Positions 1 to 11,845 of a stretch of 64,000 nt of DNA are shown here, one piece after another. The stretch is from Nageia nagi (lineage: Eukaryota > Plantae > Pinophyta), in assembly GCA_050084985.1 (NCBI GenBank), contig JBITNC010000002.1, positions 25,296,001-25,360,000 on the forward strand, read 5' to 3'. The notes below the pieces were generated by a model. That model worked only from the letters and a program-made list of their open reading frames with translations, ran no database searches and had not been told where the DNA came from. A program made the translations under genes and the position numbers. Each line of letters opens with the position of its first letter. Position 1 is the stretch's first letter.

Positions 1-504
1 GCGCAACAATTGCCACTTATAAGCATGGGAAACAGTTGAGTGGTCACTACTTTCAAGGAAAAGCGGAACTTAGATATACATTTTGGAGGCATCCTAATAG
101 AAGTGATGAAAGGGGGGAGAGTGGGAGGGCCATGAATAAGAATCTGATCCCCGCCCCTTTGATATGGAAACCCCTACTTTCGGCAATAAGAGTTGGGGAG
201 GCCTGATACAAGAATCCAAATACTATCCCGTATAGCAGTCAACTAACTCTCATGAATGGCAAAGAAAAGACATATTATTAATATGATGATTTAGCTGAGT
301 GTTAGTGAATGTGCTAGATGAGTTGTAGAGCAGTTGAGGAAAAGAAAGAAAGAAACTATTTATTTTTATGAAAAGCCAAAGTAGGTAAACAGGACAGGTG
401 TTTCTAAGAGCCGACAGTGAAAAATAACTTACAGCTAAAACTAAGATTGACACAAGGTTCTAGGTAAGGAAGTTGAGATCAAGTTTGTTAAAAAGTGAAC
501 TTGT

Positions 505-596
505 CTAAATAAGTAACCCTGTAGGACAAAAGAAAAGGCTCGGAGACCAACTAAATAAGTAACCCTGTAGGACAAAAGAAAAGGCTCGGAAACCAA
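505..596. repeat. 46-bp direct tandem duplication (2 copies)
   Basis: CTAAATAAGTAACCCTGTAGGACAAAAGAAAAGGCTCGG(G/A)ACCAA-type unit at 505-550 and 551-596, one mismatch. Confidence 0.9.
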
Positions 597-1128
597 CAAT
601 GGAGGCCATTGTGGGCTCTAATTCATACTTCAAGTGGACAATGACAATAATGAGATCTGATGATATCTGTAGAAGGATGCTGTAGATTCAATCTATCGGT
701 GGAATCATAGGTTTATGCACTCTCTTTCGGTTTATGCAGACTCTCTTTCCCAAATCCTTTCCTAACGTCTGTGTTTTGTGGTTGTTAGTGATGAGATGAA
801 GATTCTATCTTGACAAGTTTTGGAAAACTTAGCCACTGAGCTAAAATTTTGTTTGTTTTAGATATTTACGGGACATCCTGTAGATGCAGATACCATAGCA
901 TCGTCAAAAATAATTTTATTTCTGTTTTGTTGGCTTTCAACATGCCAGTAGTTTGCATTTAATATTTGTTCAAATTGCAGTAGAATATTTTATTCATTTA
1001 CCTTTTTCTTGGCTTTTGGCATGTATTAACTACTTATTTTAAATGTTGGATTGAGCTGGTCAAGTAGCATATGAAATAATTAAACATTATGTTGCTTTCT
1101 AACATCGAGCATTTTAAATGAGTGTCAG

Positions 1129-1217
1129 GTTCTTATCTGGTCCCCGGGTCGGACACCGACACAACAAGGGTCTGGAAAAGTGGGGAGGTGGAATATTAAT
1201 TTTCTGTCAACACAAAA
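1129..1217 (+). CDS. NDUFS4: NADH dehydrogenase [ubiquinone] Fe-S protein 4 (complex I 18 kDa subunit, FRO1), internal coding exon; upstream exon(s) outside window
   Basis: AG/GT-bounded (tgtcag|GTT...CAAAA|gtatgg); translates [30 protein letters not shown], matching the plant NDUFS4 SP.RT..QQGSGK.G.W.INF.ST.K motif; phase fits the next exon. Confidence 0.93.
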
Positions 1218-1440
1218 GTATGGCGGCCTCTTTTACAGCTTTACGATTTGCTTATTTTTTATGTATATTTCAACATCATCTTTATTTTGCCTCGTTATTG
1301 AAGGTGATGTTTAAAACTCAATTTATTTCTTGTTATTTAAGAGTTTTGTATTGCTTTTCTGTAGTCTATGTTTGGGTGCTTGCACTTCTGGTCTCTGAAA
1401 TGAAGATAACTCTGGGGAGCAATAATGCTTTGTTTGCCAG

Positions 1441-1570
1441 GTGGGAGAACCCTTTGATGGGGTGGACATCAACAGGTGATCCATATGCAAATGTGGGAGA
1501 AGCTGCGCTTTACTTCAAAAGCAAAGAAGCTGCTATAAGATTTGCAGAGAAACATGGCTGGGATTATATG
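1441..1570 (+). CDS. NDUFS4: NDUFS4 coding exon
   Basis: tttgccag|G...ATG|gtattg; [43 protein letters not shown], the hallmark NDUFS4 motif. Confidence 0.97.
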
Positions 1571-3239
1571 GTATTGTGTATTTCTGATCCTGTTTTATAT
1601 GTTTCACTTTATGCTAATCTTTATCCGTGACAAAATCACAGAGAAACAATGTTTCTGTATCAACTTGTTTTACGTTCAGGAATCATTGTTCATCTGTTTT
1701 GAAAAAATAATCACTTGTGCTGGGATTAAGTTGGAGTAGCACTTTGAGTTTCCCTATTTTCTCTATCAAGAGAAAAGTACTTTAATAGCTTTGCAAAACC
1801 CCAAAAAGTATTCTATGAGAACGTTTTTGATAGATAATCCATTTCTCTATGATTTTAGTTATTTGGTTAACTATGTAAAACACTTTGCTTGAAACCTTTA
1901 TGGAATCTCTAATGTGGAATGGTAGTATATCTGTTTCACCTATTTAAAACAGCGTTGGCATAAAATTCGTGCAAAATGTTGCTACTATTAAGTTATTAAC
2001 AGTTATTATGTTTTGAAAATTTTACTTTGTCATTTGGCACAAGAGTTTGTTTGATAAGGTTCTGTTCAGGTTTGTTGATCTGCCCATGGGGGATGGGTCA
2101 CCTGCCTTGTCCTTGGAGAGGCCATTGTGGCCTTATCATGATTAATAAACACTACTATGTTGAATTTCAGATATGTTGGATGCATGGTTTGAGAGTTGTG
2201 GCATCTGAATGTTTTAGTTCATTGTGGAGTCTATATGTGCGACTTAAGTGAACACCAGGCACACACACAAGAAACAAAGATTACCAAGCATTAGGTCCAA
2301 ATCTAATTTACCTTGGATAACAGATAAAAATGATTTATGAACGAAGGAAAGATTGGAGTCCTAAACCCAAGAAATAGACTAAGCTGCAGAAGACCATTAT
2401 TAGGAATAGACATTTGATGTAGAAGACTTGTCACATTGATCAGTTGCTTAAGTTAATTCTAGTATACAAGTGCATTTTTTGTTAGTGGGTGTATTCAATA
2501 GAATTACCTAGGGATAGACGATTAATGATAATCTCTTTTCAAATGATGTTGAGAGCATGTATTGTTTTATAATCAAGAGTTTCAAGTTGATGCAGTTGCT
2601 TCACAATAAGATGAACAATGTTCTTTAATGATATTCTTTGTTGGCGTGTTCAATTATTATAGTCAAGATTGTTTGAATTGCACATGACAAGGATTAAGAA
2701 GTTGTCCTATGTGGGTTCCAACGCTAGTTTGGTAGTCCCAAAGTACTCAATATAATTGAAACTACCGATCTCTTACATGTTTATTGACCTTAATTATTGT
2801 TTAGGTTGCTATGAAGCAGATATATTTTATGAAATTATAGCCAAAATGATTGTCTAAGCTGTATTCCATGAAGAACATAGACCTAGTTAGATGCTAAGTG
2901 CAATAAATAAACTAAGATGTCTCCTTTAGATATGTGCTGAAATTGGTGAACATAGGAAATTGAAAGGGCAACAGTGATTGGAGGTGAAGGGTAACAAACT
3001 GCATCACAAGGATGGGTGAAGGCTACTCATAGTGGAACCATGGGAAGGACATGTGGTGTTTGTGGAGGGTCATCATTGGTATTGATAGGGGATGTTGATT
3101 AGATTCATTTGCAATGTCATTATGTTGTAAGAAAGAAAGAAAGAAAATATATTAATGTCTGTGGGTGACCAAAAGTGATCAATGGGACTATGAGGTACAA
3201 ATGTATAAAGTAGCATGTGGGGCCCTACAGAACTCTCAC

Positions 3240-3725
3240 TAGAAACAAACTAAGATATACAATACAAAAGTACAATAGAGGGACTCGACCCTAAAATAGA
3301 AGTACATAATTGAACTATAAAACAAAATAGCCAAGATCAATCGGGGGTGGACTCTCATCTGATTGGGGTCCCCTTGGGTTGAAGTAATTGTGATCGTATT
3401 GATGCTGCTGAAGCTAAAGAAGGATGTGATCAGCTGAAACTGCAAATGAATAGGATTTGCACATACATGTTGTTTGGTGAATCAAGTAGGCGAAAGAGAG
3501 TCATCTCTCCTTTACAAGCTCCTTCCCTCGAGGAAGCTCGAAAGAATGAAGTAATCAAAAGATCACCTATTAGGTATTGGGCATCGGAAAAGAGATGCTT
3601 CTTAAGAAGGAATACCTCTTTGAGATTGAGTGCCACACAATGCTGGTCTAGTGATTGAAAGAAGGTCGAGATAGAGCTATGGGAGTCTTGAAAGAGACAA
3701 TGGTATTATCCCCGGATCTCATAAT
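3240..3725 (-). mobile_element. 5'-truncated LINE 3' end (same non-L1 group as 21185-26700)
   Basis: Minus strand reads YEIRG*YHCLFQDSHSSISTFFQSLDQHCVAL, homologous to YEIRG*YHCLFQDSHGLLSTFLQYPNQCCLAL at ~21570-21680; ends approximate. Confidence 0.7.
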
Positions 3726-4041
3726 AAATTGAGCACGTGAACCACAAAAGAGAATGTTTGATTTTTGACCATCTCAAGATGAGGGGGTTGAGAAGCATCA
3801 TTTGAAACAAGTAATGAGCATGATTTAAAGTAGAATCTATTTAAAGGAATATGGAAAATAAACATTAGATCCTTAAATGCTTTATAGGAATTTTCAAGTA
3901 TCGAAAATCGCACACATCCATGAAGCAAAAAAAAGATAAGAGTTCCACAAATGATCATTTAACGCTTAGAATGTAAATGAGATAAAATATCTCACTCCAT
4001 GATTAGATTTCAAGAATTGGTGACAAGTTATACCTTTGGAG

Positions 4042-4254
4042 CATAGTTGATTAATTCTCTGAATATTCACGAATTTGCCGAATATTCGTGAATTTATAGA
4101 GGTCCCGAACTTTACCAAATTTTAAAAGTTCTTGCCTTCTATAGTATTTTTGGCATTTTTTATCAAAATTTATTGTACTTTTCCCAAATATTGCCCGAAT
4201 TTTAAAGTTTGATCCCTAGCTGAGTTTTTCCCAAATCTGAATTAATCAACTATG
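4042..4254. mobile_element. hAT-type MITE, 213 bp
   Basis: Perfect 16-bp TIR CATAGTTGATTAATTC; 8-bp TSD CTTTGGAG/CTTTTGAG (7/8); non-coding. Confidence 0.88.
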
Positions 4255-5425
4255 CTTTTGAGTTTATAGAATATTCCTTTAAATAGTAGATTAATTCTCA
4301 CAAACATCGTTGGCTTACCTTGGTCTACATTCCTATTTACATTAAACAAGGTGAAACTTGCACAAAGTCAGAGAAGACAAAAATTTACATGAACATGCCC
4401 ACACATAGCAAGGTTCTTTAAAATGTAAATGAGCTTTTTGTGAACACTTGGTACTAATGATAAATAAGGAGGAGCCATGTGTTATTGCAAAATCTTGCAT
4501 AGCTCAAGTAAATTATGAAGGGTTCTATGAATTATGAGAAGGAAAGCACTTTGTCAAATTAAATGTTTTAGTTGGAGATATAGAAAAGGCTAGTAATTTT
4601 GTGATGAATGGTAGGTTGGGTCGCTACTATTATTGCTTTGCACATCTATTGTTGTGTTGCATATTCCCATTGAGTAGATTTTTGATTTTGCTCATGCACC
4701 ATTTCAGCACCTGCGAACACAAACATTGGTGATTCATTTTCTGTGGACATGATCACTTGGTAACTTCATATTGGATGCTAATGCTTGGTGGACCTACACT
4801 AGATCGTTATTATAGGGCAATTCTTACCTAATAACCCTTTTGATAAAAAATAATGTGAAGTTGATCTTCAAGCTAAAATTCTAAGTAATTTTCTTTTTAC
4901 TTTGATGACTATTTTTTGCTATTTAATTATTGGTGCCAAAATCTTTGAAAGACCAATGATATAGGATGATAATGATTATTGTTGATGGATGACCATGCTA
5001 GCGACAAAGATTGATGGTGGGCAAAATTGGAGTCTTAGACCTTAGAAACAAGCTGTATTATTGTCGTGCCAAGCAAATCTTAGATTTCAGCCTTTTGAGA
5101 ATATGAATGTTGTTTCGTCTTGTTTTGTTCAAGTGAACAACCAACCATTTAGTTTTGCAAGGATTTGATGGTAAAACAAGAATTCTTACTTCTTAGCAAT
5201 GAGCCTTCACATTTTTGGATACATTTTTGATGAAAAGATATGGCAAAGTTAATGTTGAAATGACATTTTAAACATAAAAGCATCGATCTTTGAATGTTGG
5301 TGTCAAAATCTTTAGAAGCCCAATCATAATGCGCTGGGATGATCATGCAAATAATGGCTGCTAGGAGGATTTTGTCAATCACAAAAATTGACAGTAGGCA
5401 AGAATGGAGTCCAATACATTATAAA

Positions 5426-5674
5426 TGTTAGACACCTAATCCTTAGGGATTATGGTATAGTTAGTATAGTATTAGATACTTACTATAATTAGTAAGTTCG
5501 TAGCTTTGAGTGTGCTAGAATTTAGAGAGTCATTTTTTGGAGAATATGAAGAGTTACAATGTATCTCAAAGGTCACCCAAGAAGGTGAAGATGAAGAGTC
5601 TTTCTCAAATTGTATTTACACAATATTCTACACTAATAGAATGCTTTTTGATCTTGGAGTTATCCGGCTTGTCA
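5426..5674 (+). repeat. Copia 5' LTR (249 bp)
   Basis: TGTTAG...TTGTCA; about 95% identical by eye to 16241-16485 (~11 substitutions and a 4-bp indel). Confidence 0.95.
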
Positions 5675-5675
5675 T

Positions 5676-5688
5676 TGGTACCAGAGCC
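5676..5688 (+). promoter_or_regulatory. Primer binding site (initiator tRNA-Met type)
   Basis: TGGTACCAGAGCC, one mismatch to TGGTATCAGAGCC, 1 nt after the LTR. Confidence 0.85.
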
Positions 5689-6794
5689 ATGAGTTTTTGC
5701 TTTCTCTAACTCCATGAAAGTGATCAAAAATGTTGCCGAAATTTGTCCAAAAATTTTACTTATGTTTTTCTTCGAAAATGAGCATCAAAATCCAAATCTG
5801 AGCACATATTTGGATACCCATTTTCGTGTAGAGCAAGATTGGGTTTTGAACGAGGTGATTTGGAGCAATTTTGGCAAAATTATTTCAGTGTGAAGTTTTC
5901 AGTCAAGTAAGTGGTCTGTGATTGTTATTTTTTGGCGGTTTTATCTCAGTGGTTTATTTCAGCGGTTTTATTTGGTTCAGGAATTGGTTTTATTACCCCT
6001 CACGCCATCTGTGGTCTCCTCCTCTTGTGGTCTGTGGTCTCTCGTCGTCACATTAGCTCACGTTCTGGTTTTATTACCCTTCAAGCCATCTGTTGTCTCC
6101 TCCCCCCGTGGTAAGTGATCTCTCGTGGTTTGTGGTATTTACTCACCTCACGTTGCACATTGCTCACCTCACGCCGAGACTCACCTCACACAATACTGTG
6201 GTCTCATCCTCGTGTCATTGGTCTCCCATCGTGTCATTGGTCTTCGTCATCGAATTACCTCACGTTGCACATTACATTGGCTCACGTTAAGTTTCAACTC
6301 TATCCCTTCACGCCGTCTGAGACTCGAATCGATACTGTCCTTTCATGTTGTCCGAGACTCCAATCAACCACGTTCAGTTTCATGTTGTCCGAGCCCTACG
6401 TCGGTTTCAACTCTGCTGTCAGCCTACCTGTAGAACCCTGTCCACCTAATCATAGACCGTTGTCAGAAAAATGCGTGCCATTTTCAAAATGCGCATCACT
6501 TCTTCCAAAAAAACGCATGCCTCTCCCTTTACACTTAGATCCGCCACGTGTCGCACGTAGGTGTGACCGCTCAGTCAGCATTTTGACCACTACAATCAGC
6601 ATTTTTCGCCCAGTCAGCAACGCACAATCAGCATTTAATTTGATTTTGGGGTATTTTCAAATTTTGAAGACATTTCTTGCCATAACTTGGTGTAACAAAC
6701 TCTTTTTTGAGCGAGTTTTTTTTTGTTGAACTCAGAATTTAGAGTATTTTTCAGTTATGTCATTGGATGGATATTGTTTTTGGAGAGCAAGTAA

Positions 6795-7067
6795 AAAATA
6801 TATTTCAAAGATGGTTTAGCATTTGACTCAAATTTTGGTGAGTTTGGCATAATTGAAGGATTCCGAACCTTAGAGTATTGTGTTACCCTTGATGTTGAGA
6901 AAACAAAATCAGATTTGGAATCAGGTTATTTGGCTGATGTTGAAGACAATGAAGACAAAGATATTGTTGTTGAGCTATCCGATGCTACCTCTACTTCCAC
7001 CTTGCCAACTCCTCGAAGCATGCCTCCTAGAAGGAATCCTCCTCGTAGGAGGAGACGTGTGATGTAA
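6795..7067 (+). pseudogene. Putative accessory ORF in the Copia leader (acidic region plus Arg-rich C-terminus)
   Basis: 90 open codons KIYFKDGLAFDSNFGEFGIIEGFRTLEY...DVEDNEDKD...MPPRRNPPRRRRRVM*; no intact start, so absent from the ORF track. Confidence 0.45.
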
Positions 7068-7241
7068 TGAATTCTTTTTGAGATCTTCTATTCGTTTTGC
7101 AATTTTTGGTGTGGTGTAAGCAAAAAGAATCTTCATTTAGTGTGGACACTATTATTTTTCAGCAAAGTGTGTGAACTCTTATTGGCATCGTAAAAGTTTG
7201 AACAAGGCAATTAAATAAAGCTTGAAGTTTCTATTTCAAAA

Positions 7242-7871
7242 ATGCATTCCCTTATAAGTATTGTTGGTGTTGTTTTAACCGGAAAAGAAAATTGGCCGGA
7301 GTGTTCTAGGAAAATAAAGCATACATTAATTTTCAATGATTTTTGGGTTGACATTTGTGATGGGGACAAACAACCTACCAAACCTATTGATGCCAAGGAA
7401 CTTGCGGTTTGGAACATGAAAAATAATAAGGCATATGCTTTGATTGCTTTTTCGGTTAGTGAGGAGGTTAACCGCCACATTAGCTCTATTGATGATGCTT
7501 GGAATGCACTAAAGAAACTCAAAGATTTGTTTGACTCCGATTCCAAACTAGAATTGATCCAACTTCAGTTGAAACTCTTTAACCTAGAGTTAAAGAATGA
7601 TGATCCCATGGCACTAATTTCAGAAATTAGAGCAATAATGCATGACATTGACTCTACTGGTGTGAAGATTGATATTGCTCTCGCAGCTTTGATTAAGGCA
7701 TTGTATCCCACCTATTCAAACTATCTTGAATCCTTGCAAGTTAGTGGTAACCTAAAATCTCTCACATTTGACACTCTGGCGGATAAGATTGCAGAACGTG
7801 AGAAGGCTTTTGGCAAGAAATCTAGTGATTCTACTTTAGACACATTGTCTATTGCATCTTTTGCAATGGAG
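7242..7871 (+). pseudogene. Copia Gag (truncated at the zinc knuckle)
   Basis: LTGKENWPECSRKIKHTL...AWNALKKLKDLFD...; in a shifted frame VYCIFCNGD is the start of a CCHC knuckle just before the deletion. Confidence 0.85.
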
Positions 7872-7991
7872 ATTCTACAAGAAATGACTCTCTAAATTCT
7901 AGCACACTCAAAGCTACGAATTTACTAAATATAGTAAGTATCTAATACTATACTAACTATACCATAATCCCTAAGGATTAGGTGTCTAACA
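7872..7991 (-). repeat. Inverted 120-bp copy of the 5' end of this Copia's own LTR
   Basis: Reverse complement reads TGTTAGACACCTAATCCTTAGGG...CATTTCTTGTAGAAT, i.e. LTR positions 1-120. Confidence 0.93.
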
Positions 7992-9864
7992 TTGGAATCA
8001 AGCATCAAACAATTGTTCCCTACAATCCGCAACAGAATGGTATAGCTGAAAGAATGAACAAAACTTTGTTGAATATGACATGGGCAATGTTGTTTTTCAA
8101 AAATATGAAGATGATGTTTTGGGGTGATGTAGTTGCTTGTGCAGTGTATGTTAGAAATAGATGTCCATCTCATGCTCTTGATGATAAGACTTCATATGAA
8201 ATGTGGTTTGGCCGTGTTCCTTCGGTTCGACATCTCAGGGTTTTTGGTTCCACTTGTTATGCCCTAGTCACTAAGGAACAAAGAAACAAACTTGTTGCCA
8301 GGAGTCGAAAATGTATTTTCTTGGGGTACTTAGATACTACTATGGGTTATAAGCTTTATGATAAGGTAAACAAAAAGTTCCTTTTTGCAAGGGATGTCAT
8401 TTTTCTGGAATGTTCCAAGAGTGACCCGACTGTTGAGCGGCAGCTTGATCACCTTGATAGGTTTACCCGTGGAAAGCATTTCTCTGAACATGATTAAGAG
8501 ATTCCAAATGCTGAGGGTGGAATCCCTATTTTGGATCAATCATTGGAATCTACACAACTTGTGCCTATTTCAGAAGTGCCTGATCCAACAGTTGCACCTG
8601 TTCTAGCAGTACAAGCACCTCCTCCACCAAGTGAAGATCCTTCCTCTTCATTAGTCCCAGAAGCTCCTTTGGATGATGTGATTGAAGGGTTCGATAGGTT
8701 GAGTCTTGATGAGGATGAAGAACCTCCTCAACTTGTTGAGCAACCAGAAACATTGCAGAAGATTCCTAAGTGGCTTTCCAAAACACTTGAGAGCATTCAT
8801 CCTGATGAAGTAGGAAAGACGGGAACAAGGAGTTCCTATAGAAACAAAATTGAAGATGGAGCAGTAGAGGATTCAGATTCAAGTGATGATATTGAGGATA
8901 TGGAATGTTCGTTTGATTGTGAATTGAATTTCTCTGCTGATTGTGAGCTGACTTCCTTTAAAGAAGCTTTTTCTCATGATGTCTGGAGGGATGCTATGAA
9001 GAAAGAGTATGATGCTCTCATCAAGAATGGGACATGGAAGTTGGTGGATCCTCCATATGGAACCAAACCTATTGGATGCAAGTGGGTCTACAAGAACAAA
9101 TACAGATTAGACGGCTCACTTGAGAAACACAAAGCGAGGCTTGTAGCAAAGGGTTTTGCACAGAAAGAAGGTATTGACTATGATGAAACCTTTGCTCCCA
9201 TAGCAAAATGGGCTACTATTCGTTCTTTGTTGGCAATGTCAACTCAGCTTGGATGGAAAGTTCATTAGATGGATGTGAAGACTGCTTTCTTGAATGGTGA
9301 TTTGAAAGAAAATGTGTACATGAAACAACTAGAAGGATTTGCAGTGAAGGGTCAGGAACAAAAAGTTTGTAAGCTTATCAAGTCCTTGTATGGCCTAAAA
9401 CAAGCTCCTCGCGCTTGGTACGAAAAGCTTACTAAGCATCTTGTGAAGTTCAACTTTGAACACTTTAATCTGGATGATGCAACTTTGTTTGTCATAAAAG
9501 TTGGCAAAATGGTTGTATATCTTGTGGTGTATGTAGATGATCTTTTGATAACTGGGAACAATGAAAGTTACATTGCATCCGTGAAACAAGATTTGAAGAG
9601 AGGTTTTGAAATGACAGATATGGGACATCTTCATTACTATTTGGGTGTTGAAGTGACACAAAACCCAAAGTACATTTTTATTTCCCAAAGAAAGTACATT
9701 GGAGAATTGTTGAGCATATTTGGCATGACAGATTGTAATCCCTTTTGTACTCCAATGGAACAAAATTTGAAGTTGAAATCTATTGAAGGGAATGCATTTG
9801 AGGATGCAACAAAGTATAGACAACTTGTTGGGAGTCTCATATATCGAACCACAACTAGACCAGA
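7992..9864 (+). pseudogene. Copia pol: integrase C-terminal core and reverse transcriptase (in-frame stops at 8495 and 9266)
   Basis: [68 protein letters not shown]. Confidence 0.93.
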
Positions 9865-10967
9865 TGTAATATCCTCAAAACTCACAAAATGCGATTTTTG
9901 TTAAAGTGTAATATTCCAAAGGTGAAATATCACTACTTAGGAATTTATATATATTTATATATTTTTCTATCTAGCTCAATTCAAATCGGATCTGCAAATT
10001 GAACAAGAAATAGAGCCAGAAATGAATTTTATTCTTCAAGAGCTGGGACGTCCCAAATGGACAAGTACAATACTTAAGGAAAAATACCCAAATGCTCAAG
10101 AAGGGGGACGTTTGCCCTCACAAGGTAGATTTGGACGATCTGGCCCTGCAAGTTCTTCCTCTTCTCCCCAAGGTTGGACGAGCCTCCTCACACTGATTCA
10201 GCTGGTCTGGATCTAAGACGTGCCTCCTCACACTGATTTGGCAGGTTAGATCTGGATCTGGAATATGGCCGCACTGGTTGGATCTGGATCTGCCCCACTG
10301 GCTAGATTTGGATCAGGGACGGAATAGTTCCACCACATTGGCTCAAACTATTCCAGTAACTCCACCTCACTGGCTCGAGCTACTCTAGCAACTCCACCTC
10401 ACTGGCTCGAGCTACTGTCCTAGCTTAGGTAAGAACTCCTCCACACTGGCTAGAGCTCTCCCACTAAGCTAGCATGGAAAGCTGCAACTCCACTGGCTGC
10501 TAACCCTCGGAAAGAGATAAACTCTGATGATCTTCAAGCATGCCCCAAATGATGCGTCCCATCTCCTTTTATAATAAGATCTCTCATAACTTGGAATCAC
10601 CCAAAGTGCAACGTCCCTCTTCTGGTGTCTTGGGATGACAAATTAAATCATCTAGGGACCTAGGAAGCCCAACGTCCCACAATGGTTGCCTAGAGATGCC
10701 AAATTACAAGATCAATGGCTCATAAATGCAACGTCCCATTATGAGAGATTAATATTGCATTAATTACAAATAATTGAGCCAGATTAATTAAATAGAATCC
10801 AAGGGTGAGTGCCTCAAGGGTCTCTTTAGCCTTGGTTACAGAAATAAATGCAAAATATTAATAAAATACTCCTAAATTAATTTATTTTTGGTTTCTCCTC
10901 CTTTGCCATGAACGTCACACTCTAAGAGGAGAGGAAGTGGACGTTTTACAAATTTGGGGACATTACA
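9865..10967 (-). repeat. Gypsy 3' LTR (1103 bp) with internal 24- and 32-bp subrepeats
   Basis: Near-identical to 14523-15609; adjacent to the PPT. Confidence 0.95.
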
Positions 10968-11822
10968 AGTCTTCCCTTCCCGAATTGCTTGTCCCAAGCA
11001 ACTCCAAGCTGGATGTTCCAGAATTCCTTTTCCTTCCCACGTGGCATTTTCTAGTGGCAGACCCTTCCATTTGATCAAATATTCTGCAATGCTGCGGTTT
11101 CTTAGCTTTTTCTCTCTTATTTCAAGCACTTTTTCAGGAATCAAAGGTAATTTTCCATCTTCGTCCAAGGGTGGGAGTTCTAAGGAAGGTGTGATGTGAC
11201 GCCCTAGTGCCCTTTTGGGGCAAGAGACATGGAAGGTGTTGTGAATTTTGCTGTTAGGAGGAAGATCTAGTTTGTAGGCCACCTGTCCTACTTTCTTAAT
11301 GATCTTGTATGGACCGTAAAACTTGGGTTGAAGTTTTTCCGCACCACTCTTCTTCAAGGTTGTTTGTCGGTATGGTTGTAACCTCAAATACACCATATCA
11401 TCCACTTCAAAGGAGCGCTCCTCTCTTTGCTGATCTGCATACTTCTTTTGTTGTTGTTGAGCCACCTGTATGTTTTCTTTGAGGGATTTCAAGATATCTT
11501 TCTGTTCCTGCAAAAATTCATTAGCTTTGGGGACCCTGCAATCATCAAAGAATAAATCAGCAAAATGAGTAGCTTCATACCCATAAAGAGCATGAAAGGG
11601 AGTCATCTTGATGGATAAGTGGTAGGTGGTATTGTAGCAATATTCTCCCAAGTGTAACCATTTCAGCCACGAGTTTTGCTGTCCTATCACATAATTTCTA
11701 AGGTAGCCTTCTAACCATTTGTTTATTGCCTCTGTTTGCCCATCTGTTTGGGGATGGTAACTGGTGCTAGGGGTCAAATTCGTCCCAGTTAATCTGAAAA
11801 GTTCTTGCCAGAACATGCTCAT
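10872..11822 (-). CDS. Gypsy integrase C-terminal part plus chromodomain (continues from pol after a 1-nt frameshift near 11876)
   Basis: STSYHPQTDGQTEAIN, KLQPKFYGPY, EYLIKWKGLPLENATWE; ORF reads into the 3' LTR. Confidence 0.9.
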   Translation of the reverse strand: MSMFWQELFRLTGTNLTPSTSYHPQTDGQTEAINKWLEGYLRNYVIGQQNSWLKWLHLGEYCYNTTYHLSIKMTPFHALYGYEATHFADLFFDDCRVPKANEFLQEQKDILKSLKENIQVAQQQQKKYADQQREERSFEVDDMVYLRLQPYRQTTLKKSGAEKLQPKFYGPYKIIKKVGQVAYKLDLPPNSKIHNTFHVSCPKRALGRHITPSLELPPLDEDGKLPLIPEKVLEIREKKLRNRSIAEYLIKWKGLPLENATWEGKGILEHPAWSCLGQAIREGKTCNVPKFVKRPLPLLLECDVHGKGGETKNKLI

Positions 11823-11845
11823 AAATCTGCTATCCCTGTCACTGA

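Noticed and set aside
1118-1630. 170-aa ORF as a single-exon gene
   Set aside because: It is a chance read-through of intron 1218-1440; only 1441-1570 is in the true frame and exon 1129-1217 uses another frame
3830-4295. Short inverted match CTATTTAAAGGAATAT flanking the MITE
   Set aside because: Only ~16 bp of AT-rich sequence with no TSD found; not enough to call an element
6115-6729. 204-aa ORF in the Copia leader
   Set aside because: It mostly spans C/T-rich CTCACG low-complexity repeats where several frames are open; no motif
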